Shown here: positions 48,187 to 59,035 of the stretch, piece by piece
Position numbering within the stretch: position 1 is the stretch's first letter
Layout: each line of letters opens with the position of its first letter
Assembly: GCA_964036045.1 (NCBI GenBank)
Contig: OZ038379.1
Span: forward strand, 76,136,001 to 76,200,000
From: Eutreptiella sp. 'Long Island Sound 2002'
Lineage: Eukaryota; Protista; Euglenida
Direction: 5' to 3'
Length of the DNA stretch: 64,000 nucleotides
Notes under the pieces: generated by a model
Told to the model about the DNA's origin: nothing
The model's database searches: none
Seen by the model: only the letters and a program-made list of their open reading frames with translations
Program-made: the position numbers and the translations under genes

Positions 48187-48587
48187 TGAGTGTGCTGCGA
48201 TGGACTGATTGAACAGTTTCTGTTACAAGTGGAGTATAGACAGCCTCTGCTTGTGCCAGGGCGAGGGTCAGTGGAGCAAACTGCGGTCTGGCATTGGGGG
48301 GGGGTGTGCTAGACCGGGTTTGCGTGAGCGAGCCTTGCCCCATGCCTGTTTCCTGTCCAGCCTAACCAGACTGCCTGCGTGACCTGCCCCTGCAGTCCTT
48401 TTTTGTTTTTGAGGGCTGTAAGCTCTGTGTTGCCATCACAACACTCGGCCCCCACCCGCCCATCCCGGACTTTCAGGAGTACATCAGCACAATGAGTGTG
48501 CTGCAATTGAGTGATTGAACAGTTTCTGTTAGAAGTGGAGTCCAGACAGCCTGTGCTCGTGCCAGGGCGAGGGTCAGTGGAGCAAAC
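48187..48587 (+). repeat. ~95-bp diverged direct repeat (48187-48281 and 48494-48587)
   Basis: tgagtgtgctgc.at.g..tgattgaacagtttctgtta.aagtggagt..agacagcct.tgct.gtgccagggcgagggtcagtggagcaaac occurs twice. Confidence 0.9.
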
Positions 48588-48707
48588 CCCCCCCCCCTTT
48601 TTTAAAAATGGTCTGTGGGGGGGTTTTAAGGGTGTTTTTAAACGCAGACACACCATTTCTGCGAAAATTTTTTTGGTGGTATTCTTTTCGACTGCACATC
48701 CAAAGCT

Positions 48708-49075
48708 TTGTCTTTGCCCCCAATTCAGCCACTTTTGATTTTGTCCCCTTAGCTAGGGACCCGCAGAATGCAAGGGTGACGTAGCATTTCCGCCCTTTTT
48801 TGGGCTCCCGAGAAGGCAGGGGTGTGGTACCCAGTTCTGATTTTGTCCCCCTTTGTTTTGGGGATCCCCGAGAATGCAGAGGTGACGTAGCATTTCCACC
48901 CACTTGTGGGCCCCAGAGAAGGCAAGGGTGAGGGAGCCACTTCTGATTTTGTCCCCCTTTGTTTGGGGATCCCTGAGTATGCAGGGGTGGCGTAGCATTT
49001 CCGCCCTCTTTTGGGCCCCCGAGAAGGCAAGGGTGAGGCAGCCACTTCTGATTTTGTTCCCCTTTGTTGGGGAAC
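48708..49075 (+). repeat. ~104-bp tandem repeat (about 3.5 copies) related to the 85-bp satellite
   Basis: gattttgt(c/t)ccc at 48737, 48839, 48945 and 49050. Shares the blocks gccacttctgatt, ggggatccccgag and cccacttgtgggcc with the 85-bp unit. Confidence 0.85.
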
Positions 49076-49509
49076 ACATTTTGCCTCCCACTTTCTTTCC
49101 TTTTTTTTTTCACTCCCACACTTTGTTGCGTGGCCTTTGAGTTGGGGTTAGGGACTCACAATCCACGCTTTGTTGTCTCCCCAAAAAGAAAGCTGTGCCC
49201 GGCAAGGGCACAAAGCGGCCCATCACCACTCCCAAGCAAAGTGCTAAGAAGCGTTGCACGGTGAAGACGTCAGGGCGGAAGAAGTAGGCGGAGCTACATG
49301 CACACACACGTCACAAACGGATACCTCCCCCACCCCCTACACCTCCTCGCTCTCGCTCTCCTTTCCTTGTAGTAGCATGCACACTAGGACTGGAAGGCCC
49401 ACACAATGGCGCGGGGAGGGAGGCTTGGCCTGCCATAGCCTTCAGGGCCTCCCGAGTTGCGTCGGCCGACCAGTCTAGCCCTTCTTTTATGCTCTCCCCT
49501 TGACGCATT

Positions 49510-49630
49510 TCTCACCCCATTGTGTATTTCTAACCCCATGATGCATTCCAAACCCCATGACCGACCTTGATGCATTTCAACCCCCATGCTGCAATTCTAA
49601 CCCCATGGTGTATTTCAAACCCCATGACCG
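49510..49630 (+). repeat. Short degenerate tandem repeat (tgcatt(t/c)(c/t)aaccccatg, ~19-20 bp core)
   Basis: Five copies of aacccc(c)atg plus a degenerate first copy (caccccattg). Confidence 0.8.
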
Positions 49631-50537
49631 CCTCGGAGACCCACACTCCCGAGGTTTCTCGTACCCACGGCCGGAAATACCCAAGCCGATGAAACCATAC
49701 CATAGATGTTGGTAGGGGCGGTGCGAATTGTCGGATCACACGTGGGCCGCATACCCAACTGCTCGGAGGTGCCCAACACTATGTATTTCATTGGGGGGGG
49801 GTTTGGGGGGCCGGGGTGTCTTCCCGCGGACAATACCCCCGCGCAGCGAAAAACCCCCTTAAACCCCCCCCCCCCCCCACGACCCCCCCCTTTTTCAATT
49901 TGGCTCCGGGGGGGGGTTTAAGCAGGACATCCGATTTCCGAGAACCCCTCCCCCCTGGCGCTGGGTATAATTTTGATCAAAGAGACCACCCCCAACCCTA
50001 CAATGGGCCATATGTGGCCACCCTTTGTAGTTAAGAGGGCTCTTAGTGCAGGAAGTGGGGGGTTGCATATGGAAACCAAGTGGTCCTCCCGCCACCCTGC
50101 TGTGCTGAATTCCTTTTCAGGGGTACCAAAAATGAATGAAACAAATACCCCCTGCAAAATGATCTCAAATGCAAAGATGAAAAATATTGCCTCAGCCAAA
50201 CAAAAAAATTGCGGAAATGAAAATTTCCCCCCTTTCTGGGTGCTTTCACAAAATTTTTGTGAAAATACATTTCAAAACACCGAATACACATTTAATATTT
50301 CGCAAATGGTTAATATTTGTATGGGACACTCGCGTTGCACATGTGTCGTTCAGAGTATCTCTTAACCATCAGCTGCTGGCGTTGGCGGTCAAATCTCTTT
50401 GCCCCAAATTGATCCCTTGGGACCATGTTGCGAAGCATCAGCATCCTAAGATCTCCTCAACCTGCCGTGCCTCTTTTGCCCCTATCTGCCTCTCCCCTTC
50501 CCCAAAGGAGAATTACCCCTTCTTCGCTTCCCCACAG

Positions 50538-52988
50538 ACGCAGACCATTGACGTGATGGTATTTGACAAGGTGCAAGATGGGCCGGACACGGATCTTGGC
50601 AAGTACCGGCTCGTGATTGGGGACTTGATTCGCAACCAGCCAAAGAAAGTGGCGTGCCGTGTCATGCTGCGCAACCCCGAAAGCGGCAAGTGGGAACGCC
50701 CCAAGCCCCCAACAACTGTTCGGCTGGTATTGACCGCTGTTGGGCCACCGTTCCTGACGGGGCTGCAGGATCTCATCTCAGAGGTCGGCACTGTCACATC
50801 CTCAGCCTCGGCACACTCTGGCGACGTCGTGAAGGATGCAGACGACTTTGAATACATCTCCTCTGACGAGAGTGACGCAGACGTCGACGGGGATGCGGAG
50901 CCGCGACGCCGGGCACACCGCGTCCAGGGCTTCGGCGGGACAGTGCACCTCAACTCACAGCCATCGGGCGCGACCGTGCTCCGCGACGGCGTGATTGTGG
51001 GCACGACGCCGATGATGTGGACGAAGGGGACAGCCGGACAAAATTACAACTTGGAATACCGCCTGCCGGGCTCTGTGCCCCTGTCTTTCGCGATGATCTA
51101 CCCTCCCGCGGGGGAGATCTTGCAGTACACACGCTCTTTCCAGCCGGATGAGCCCCTGCCCCCCGACACTGCCTCGATGCAAGAGAAAATCTCGCAGCGC
51201 GAGCTCCATACGCTCCGGTCCGCCCTCAATCGCATGTTTGACAACGCGCGGGTCAACCAGCGCAACCGCAACCGGATGCTGGACGATGTGCAGCGCAAGG
51301 CTGACAGCCCGGAGCACGAGTTCCGGTTGCTACTGGAGCTCTACGAGGCTGTCGCAATGCTGCAGATGACGGCACGCTCTCCGCGTCCGCCGAAGGCACG
51401 GGCCCGGCCGCCGCCTGTTGCGACGGCCTCCATTGGCACGGGTTCTTTCATGCTGGGTGAGACGCACGCAGTCCCGACGCAGACCGTTGCACCTCAGCCC
51501 TGGCCCCAGCCCCAGCCCCATCACCCTGCTGCCTACATCCCGGACCCGATGGCTGCAGCCCATTCCCCGGCCGCACCACAGGACGTGCCTTTTGTGCCGA
51601 GGCCGGTGATGTCAGCACCGCGCCCGTATGCGTCACTCCCGGAGGCAGCGGCCAGCCGCATTCCCGGCAGTAGGGAGGTCCCAAGCCATGCATCCTCCAG
51701 CCTCGCCTCCAGTGTCGCGTGGCCCCCCTTCCAGCCCATGCAGACGCCGCTGCAACGCAACGATGAGCACGAAGCATCACCGAGGCCGTTTGGGCCGCGG
51801 ATCTCCGGCAGCAGCCTGTACCAACAGAGCATGGCCGAGACGGACGACATGCGGTCGTCCCAGGGGATGCAGACCCCCGTGCCAGCGCCTGGGGCCTTGG
51901 AAGTGGAGCTAGAGCTTGCAGTGGCGCCAGTGCAGGAGGACCAGCTGACATTTGGGAATTTAGCACTGCACCAGACCCTCCAGCAGAAGGGCCGGTACAC
52001 GCAGCAGGCGGCGCAGCAGCGGCTGGAGTTGCAGCTGCTGGAGGACCTCACCACCAGCAGCTCCAGCGAGCTCACCCCCGACTCTGGGGGCCCAGCCGAG
52101 CTTCCCACAAAGCCCCGCGGGCCGCAGGGCGGTGAGGAGGCTTCCCAGTGCTCCGGCTGCACCAACGCTACATGCTGCAAGGGGCCGCATCTGCCAGAGA
52201 TCGAGGTCCGCCGCACTCGGGTGCAGCAGCAGGAGCGGCACGTGTACCGGCAGCAGAGGGCCTGGTCCCCTCTGCCAGGGCACAGGCCGAGCATCCCCTC
52301 CCCGGGGGGGAGCATCACCACCCCCCGCGGCGCCCAGACGATGCCCACGGCCGTCAGCCCAATCTACTCCATGGCAATGTCGCACGTGTCTGGAACCCCA
52401 AGCTCACATGTGCCGCCCACGTACCCTGTGGTGGACTTCTCCGCCACGCCAATGTGGCAGCCGCCGGCGGTGCTGCCCCCGGCCATGCACGTGAGCGAGA
52501 TCCAGACCACCATGTCTTACCCAACCGGCCTGCAGACACCGCCCCGCCACCCCTCACCCATCACTACCCAGTCTCACCTTGCCCCCACCACTCTGTATGC
52601 CCAAGCGTCTCCATCCTTTATGCAGGCCTCCCCCTCATACCCCACCATCGACATCGGAACCCCACAACGGCTCACGGAGGGGGGGCTGGGCAGCCCGTCG
52701 CAGGTGAACGATGCAATGGGCAGCCCGTCTCGCTGGGACGGCTCGGGCTCTTACCCAAGCGTCACAGTGGATATCCCGCGAGTGTCGGATGTTTTTGGAT
52801 CGCCCGCACGTGCCATGGAGTCGCCTCCATCAGTCATCCGATCGCCTCCGTCGGTCATGCGGTTTTCCTCGCCTCCGGTGGAGCGCATGTCTATTGTGCG
52901 CCCAGCGACCATGCAGATGCCACAGCAGGAGATGACTTATTACTACCAGCCACATCTCTCCGGAGGGCTATCGTATGGTCACTACCAG
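50538..52988 (+). CDS. Multi-C2/PEGA protein exon 4 (end of C2C, acidic linker, PEGA-like domain, helical segment, Pro/Ser-rich region)
   Basis: Acceptor ccccacag/ACG. AVLDPQ joins to TQTIDVMVFDK...DLGKYRL and completes the C2 domain. GTVHLNSQPSGATVLRDGVIVGTTP is a PEGA signature. The frame is open for 817 codons; donor CAG/GTGTGC, phase 0. Confidence 0.8.
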
Positions 52989-52989
52989 G

Positions 52990-53277
52990 TGTGCTGTGTG
53001 GCGCTGTGTTGTGTGATGCCTGTGGTCTGTAGTCTGAGGCGAGGTGGCGTGGTGTGGCTGAGGTGGTATGTGGTGTGGAGTCTGGGGTGTGGGGTTCGGG
53101 ATGTGGTGTGGTGTAGTGTGCTGAAGGGACTGTGACCAAAAGGAAGAGGACGAGGGGTGAGGTGGTGTGTGGTGAGGTATGGCAAGGCATTTGGCCTGTG
53201 GTGTGTGGTGTGGTGTGGTGTGGTGTGGTGTGGTGTGGTGTGGTGTGGTGTGGTGTGGTGTGGTGTGGTGTGGTGTG
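52990..53277. repeat. Pentamer microsatellites (TGTGG/TGGTG)n immediately after the exon 4 donor
   Basis: Read directly; a pure (tggtg)n run at ~53205-53275. Confidence 0.9.
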
Positions 53278-53719
53278 CCGAAGGCGCTGTTACTAGAAGG
53301 CAAGGGCCGGGATGTCTACCCACGGGTACAGGTAAACAGGAGGGTTGTGTGTGTTGTGTGTGGCTGCTAGTCCCCGCTGCTCTGCTTTTTTGTGGCGGCT
53401 GCCGGTTCCGTGCGGCGGGGGTTTCCATGCGCCTGCCCCGGCTGCGGCGTGTTGGTGGCGCTGCCTTCGCGCCATCCCCCCCCCCCCCCCCTTCGGCCTC
53501 CGCGCTGCCGCGCTCTGGGCCGGACCTGCTGCGCCGTCCACTGCCCGCACAGCTCATGGTCCAGTAACGGTTGTCATTGTAACTGGCGGCGGAAGTATAC
53601 CGGACCGCGTTGTCGTTGGACTCGTTGCTGCTCTCCTCAGCGGTGTACTCCAGGCAAGGGGACATACCATTGGTGTTGATCTTCTTCTCCTGCTTGGCTC
53701 TCTTCTGGGTCTGTAATGA

Positions 53720-53979
53720 AACCTAGTAAAAAAAAATTTATTAAAATAAATTTATTTTTTTACTAGGTAACAGTTTACTAGGTTCACTAGTTTTTTACTA
53801 GGTATTGGGAACCTAGTTAAAAGAAAAAGTTTATTTTTTTACTAGGTTTCGGAACCTAGTAAAAAAAAAGTTTATTTTTTTACTAGGTTTCGGAACCTAG
53901 TAAAAAAAAAGTTTTTGTTTTTACTAGGTTTCAAAACCTAGTGAAAAAAACAGTCTTTTTTTTACTAGGTTACTAGGTA
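53720..53979. repeat. Array of AT-rich palindromes ACCTAGT-A-run-T-run-ACTAGGT linked by ttcgga/ttcaaa
   Basis: Read directly; related arrays at 29421-29597 and 56845-57017. Confidence 0.9.
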
Positions 53980-54869
53980 GCCTTGCCCACTGGTGGGCCT
54001 TTTCTGATTCTGCCCCCGCTCTGAAGCGGTGGGGATCCCCGAGGCGGCAGGGGTTACGTAGCCACCTTGCCCACAAGTGGGCCACTTCTGATTATGCCCC
54101 CCGCTCTGAAGCGGTGGGGATCCCCGAGGCGGCAGGGGTTATGTAGCCACGTTGCCCACAAGTGGGCCACTTCTGATTCTGCCCCCCGCTTTGCAGCGGT
54201 GGGGATCCCGAGGCGGCAGGGGTTGCGTAGCCACCTTGCCCACAAGTGGGCCACTTCTGATTATGCCCCCCGCTCTGAAGCGGTGGGGATCCCGAGGCGG
54301 CAGGGGTTGCGTAGCCACCTTGCCCACAAGTGGGCCACTTCTGATTATGCCCCCCGCTGTGCAGCGGTGGGGATCCCCGAGGCGGCAGGGGTTGCGTAGC
54401 CACCTTGCCCACAAGTGGGCCACTTCTGATTATGCCCCCCGCTCTGAAGCGGTGGGGATCCCCGAGGCGGCAGGGGTGACGTAGCCACCTTGCCCACAAG
54501 TGGGCCACTTCTGATTATGCCCCCCGCTCTGCAGCGGGGGGGATCCCCGAGGCGGCAGGGGTTGCGTAGCCACCTTGCCCACAAGTGGGCCACTTCTGAT
54601 TATGCCCCCCGCTCTGAAGCGGTGGGGATCCCCGAGGCGGCAGGGGTTACGTAGCCACCTTGCCCACAAGTGGGCCACTTCTGATTATGCCCCCCGCTCT
54701 GAAGCGGTGGGGATCCCCGAGGCGGCAGGGGTTATGTAGCCAGTTTGCCCACAAGTGGGCCACTTCTGATTTTGCCCCCCGCTGTGCAGCGGTGGGGATC
54801 CCGAGGCGGCAGGGGTTGCGTAGCCACCTTGCCCACAAGTGGGCCACTTCTGATTCTGCCCCCCGCTGT
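53977..54869 (+). repeat. 84-85-bp tandem satellite, about 11 units, two hairpins per unit
   Basis: Units start at 53977, 54058, 54143, 54227, 54311, 54396, 54481, 54566, 54651, 54736 and 54820. Hairpins GCCCAC-aa-GTGGGC and CCCCGCT-ctga-AGCGG(t)GGGG. Confidence 0.95.
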
Positions 54870-54879
54870 TCACCCAGCC

Positions 54880-55328
54880 GTTGGTCGTGCTTTTTTTGCG
54901 ACGACACAGCCCACATCACGTGTCCTGAATGTGCATTTTATCAATGTGCCCTGCATGCTTCCGGTTTCTGTCCCTCGGAGATATGTGTGGCATTGCGCAA
55001 ATGGAGAGTGCAATTTACTGCCACACTGGCATGCATTGTGTTGGCATTCGCCTTGGGTGACCGGCTTGTGGTTGACAAGCCGCCTTCTGTAGATGAGGTC
55101 CGTCCAAAGGTGGTGATCCGTGGTGAAGAATTTTTTGTTCCAGAGCATTACCCCAAAGATGCCTCTGGGAAATTGGAGTATGACAAAAATCTAATCAAAG
55201 AGTTGGAAGAAAAGACCACGGGCGTGCTTCGCAACATGTGCAAGCACAACCCTCCCTCTGCACAGCCCACATACAAAGATAAGAAGTTGGACCTCATCTA
55301 CAAGCACGTGTTTTGCGACTTCATATAA
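54880..55328 (+). other. Cys-rich coding remnant (CFFC...CPEC...C..H), probably the C-terminus of a DNA-transposon protein
   Basis: Zinc-finger-like pattern followed by a charged helical segment. The long ORF start inside the satellite is artefactual. Confidence 0.35.
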
Positions 55329-55403
55329 AGCACACGTGTGTGCACCTCATATATGTATATATATATATATATTACTACACCCCTCTCCCCTTAAATTTAG
55401 CTA

Positions 55404-55410
55404 ACAAGCC

Positions 55411-55444
<34 letters not shown>

Positions 55445-56578
55445 GCACTTCTCCGTGCCGTTTTGGCCATTGCCCCGTCCCAACGCCTCGGATCTTTTGC
55501 CCATGTAGCCATCTTGGAGCCTAGGTGGTGGCCTTGCCAAATCCAAGTTTTGAGCCAAAAACTCAACGTTGGCGGCCCAGGGTGGTGGCGCCAAGTCGGA
55601 AGGTGCCCTCCCAAATCTGCGCTGTTTTGGGCCAAAAACAGCCATTTTTTGCCCAAAACAGCCCTAGTAAGGGTTCAAAACAGCCAAACGAAGCCAAACG
55701 GCTGCTACACTCCACGTGCGGCTTGACTTTCTCGTGACCAAGGGACCTTTGGTGCCCTCTAACTCCACGATATGTCCGAGAAACGGCCCAAAAAGGCGCC
55801 AAAAAGCCCCAAAAACTGCGCAATGTGCACCAGCACCCCGAAACCAAGAACGGACTGTATGTTGGGCTACGTGGCTCAAAAACGAATTCCGGGGGCACCT
55901 AGTCCACCCGCCACCCCCCACTTTTTATGGTTTCCAAGCCTCGGAATTGCCCAACGAGACACGTAGACCCCGGTACCAGTGGTTACTTGGTGCAGCTGGA
56001 GGGCCGGCCAGCCCACGCACAGTGGGGGCCAACGGTGGGTCCACCAGGGTCCCCAGGGTGAAAAAAAAGATTTTTTCCAAAGTTGTTCCTAGACCACTTG
56101 GGATCTTCAAACAAGTTTTTTTAGGCCGTTTTGAGCCTGTGGTGGCGCGTTTTGGGCCTTGGAAAATCCCAAAATGCCTTGGAAATGGGCCGTTTTGGGA
56201 CCAACAATACGTCAAAAATGGGTCAAAAATGCGTTTTTTCAAAAATGATCCTGGACCATTTATGATGCTCAAACAAGTGGTTTTAGCCCATTTTGAGCCC
56301 GTGGCGACGGGTTTTGGCTCATGGAAAATCCCAAAATGCCTTAAAAATGTGCCATTTTGGGACCAAAAATGGGTCAAAAATGGGTCAAAAACGCGTTTTT
56401 CCAAAAGTGATGGTAGACAATTTGGGATGCTCCAACAAGTGTTTTTAGCCCGTTTTGAGCCCGTTTTGACCGAGTTTAGCCCCTTCCACCACATGTATGC
56501 ACCACTTTGTGCCCTTCGCACGTACCTTAGAGCCGTGTGGTGGAGCCACCTAGAGTTGGGAGAGGGGTGTAGATTGGA

Positions 56579-56630
<52 letters not shown>
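55404..56630. repeat. Composite interspersed repeat with an internal 162-bp tandem unit (about 2.4 copies), flanked by (CAA)n and (AT)n
   Basis: Units start at 56092, 56254 and 56416. (caa)n at ~55410-55445 and (at)n at 56581-56630. Because 162 is divisible by 3, long ORFs appear on both strands. Confidence 0.85.
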
Positions 56631-56634
<4 letters not shown>

Positions 56635-56844
56635 GATATAACAGCTCCTTCTTTTCTTGAGCCTCATTTTATTTTTGCTGACCTTGCAATACACGGTTTG
56701 GCCCGGGTGGGGCGCCACTTACACAAGTGGCCTGGAATAGACCAGGGGGCACCATGCCCTTAAACATAAATACCACCTACCGTTGACCCCCCCCCCCCCC
56801 CATAAACTTGGTGTTTTTTGTTCAAATTCAAGTCCAAATTTGTC

Positions 56845-57210
56845 ACTACCTAGTAATCTAGTAAAGAAAATTTTTTAAAAATTTTGCTTTTTTTACCTAG
56901 TAAAAAAAATAAATTTTTTAAAATAAATTTTTCAAAATAAATTTATTTTTACTAGGTTTTGCTACATTTTACTAGGTTTTGCTACATTTTACTAGGTTTT
57001 GCTACGTGCATACTAGGTTTCACCAAATGCCCCTCTCTTCTGTGCTATGTTGTGTTGTGCTGTACTGTGTTTGTGTTTGTTGTGCTGCGCCGTGCCATGC
57101 TGTGCTGTGGTGTGCTTTGTTGTGTTGTGGCGTGCTGTGCTGTGCTGTGCTGTGCTGTGTAGTGCCATGCTGTGCTGAGTAGTGCCATGCCGTGCTGCCT
57201 TGTGCCATGA
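56845..57210. repeat. ACTAGG module with a 20-bp tandem (ttttactaggttttgctaca), followed by a (TGTGC)n microsatellite
   Basis: Read directly. Confidence 0.85.
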
Positions 57211-58619
57211 CAGTGGGTAGCGGGGCTATGCTAGACGGCCATACCTAGCACCCCCGGGTCCATCCTTCCACACCCATTCGTGGAAGATGGAGTACCTCCC
57301 GCCCCCACTGAAGGAGGTCTCCCAGGGTCTACAGTGGGACGTGCTTCTGAAGCAGGGGTGATATAAGGGCGTTTGGAAGGGGTGTGCTTGGGGACTCTTC
57401 AGGGGGAACATGGTCTAAAAAGTAGCGCGCAGTGCGCGCGCAGTGCAAGGGCGCCCCCTAGGTTTAGGGCTGAGAGAGCTGGGTTGGGTTGTGGGCTGTA
57501 TAGACATGCGTTCGCCACTCTATCTCATAATCCTATATGGGCAACTTTTACTTCCCCCCCCCCCCCTCTTCCCATGATTGTCAATCTCCTCATATCTTCC
57601 TCATGCCACCATTGCCATTTCCTGATAGGGAATGCTACCATCAAGGAAGTCACATTCCCGCAAGCAGCAGGATTTGGTTAAGAGGATCCTTTCACCCCAC
57701 AATTTTGCTTTTTTTTTTTTTGCTATTCTCATCTATGCTTTGCTGCTACAATCGAAATTGCTTATGTATCCATATGTGGATAATTTCTTTTCGTCCTTTT
57801 CAAGAACATCACACTACATGACATTCATCAAGTGCTGAATGAGCTTGGCCAGTTTTTGCTAATCATCGATTTTCAATTTGAGACATGGACAAATATTCTT
57901 ATGTTGTCAAGGGAACCATGATGAGGCCAATCTCCGCCTTCATGGACCAGTCCGGGTTCAAGGAAGAGCAACGGGTGCGTATCTGGTCCAACAAGGTGAC
58001 CCAAAATTGGGTGGGCCATCCAATGTATTTTCACCTTGAGAGGGGATGGATAGCGCAAGACGGAGGGATGTTTACACAACCGTTGTACCCATGGGTCTGC
58101 TCTCCTTGTGGCGATTTGTTGTGGGGTACAAGCCAACCCATTCCAAGCAACACGTTGTAAAAGTAGCGCGCGGCGCGCGCGCACGGGGCACAAATACTAC
58201 CCCTAAATCGGGCATCTTTCTATCAAGGAGGCCTTTGTAGGACTGCTGTGCAATGCCTTCCGCAGAGCCGGGACATCGGCCTCTCTAGCACTCTCCATTC
58301 CAAAGAAAATCATAGTGCTGAAAAGTTTGGATCCTCCTCTCCCTACCCCCCAACGTGGGTTCAATAGCCAATGAATCCATGTGTTCATTGTGACTCCGTT
58401 GTACAATCAAAGGTGCATAATGCTAGCACTATTGCGGCTTGTTCTACTTGTACTGCATGTGTCCCTCCCAAAGATAGTTGGTTTCTACAGCCCTACTTCG
58501 CCAAACACATCACCTTGCACTTGTGCATTGCACAGCACGACCCGCCATTAGATAGTAGTAATCCCAAGCAACGGAAGAGAAATCAATGCCAAGCGCGAGT
58601 TGCTTGGCAACTCGGTGGC

Positions 58620-59035
58620 GCATTTTTCATTTTGATGGCCCAGCGAAGCCCTGCCCAAAAATAGGTACGGTGGGAGGGCCTAGAAGTTGCCACTTGGGGC
58701 ACTGGGACTTCGCCTCCCACCTGGACCCCACCGAGCACCAAACACAGAGTACAGTAGAGCTAAAAGCAGCCATCTCTGCGGTGGTCAAAGTGACGCAGAA
58801 AACAATCATTTTTGGAGAGCCTCATTATATACTAGATGGTGTGAAAGGTTATGAGTGGAGAAGAAACGGCTGGTGTCTCCTCCCACACGACCAGTGCCTA
58901 GCTTTGATTTACTACTAGCACTACTCCTAGCCATTGATTTTGCACAGGATCTCATTCGGTGGGCTTGGTCGCCCTCACACCAGAGCATCCCTCGCAATGA
59001 ATAAGCAGACATACTGGCGGAGAAGGAGCTGCTCA
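58620..59035 (+). mobile_element. RNase H1-type domain remnant, probably from a LINE
   Basis: IFHFDGPA...STVELKAAISAV...IFGEPHYILDGV..YEWRRNGW...IRWAWSPSHQSIPRNE*ADILAE shows all four RNase H acidic positions, with frameshifts and a stop. Confidence 0.75.

Noticed and set aside
49510-49630. Telomeric repeat tract
   Set aside because: The units are ~19-20 bp with an AACCCCATG core, not (TTAGGG)n; no telomere array was seen in the window.
50187-50537. N-terminal 117 codons of the 982-aa ORF
   Set aside because: AT-rich, repeat-like sequence upstream of a clear acceptor at 50535-50537; treated as intron read-through. The same applies to 52989-53135 and 27997-28194.
53977-54869. CRISPR array (regular palindromic repeats)
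   Set aside because: Whole units are near-identical with no unique spacers, there are no cas genes, and the context is eukaryotic. It is a satellite.
55716-56636. 306-aa and 198-aa protein-coding genes
   Set aside because: They arise from a 162-bp tandem unit and end in (AT)n, with ORFs on both strands and no domain.
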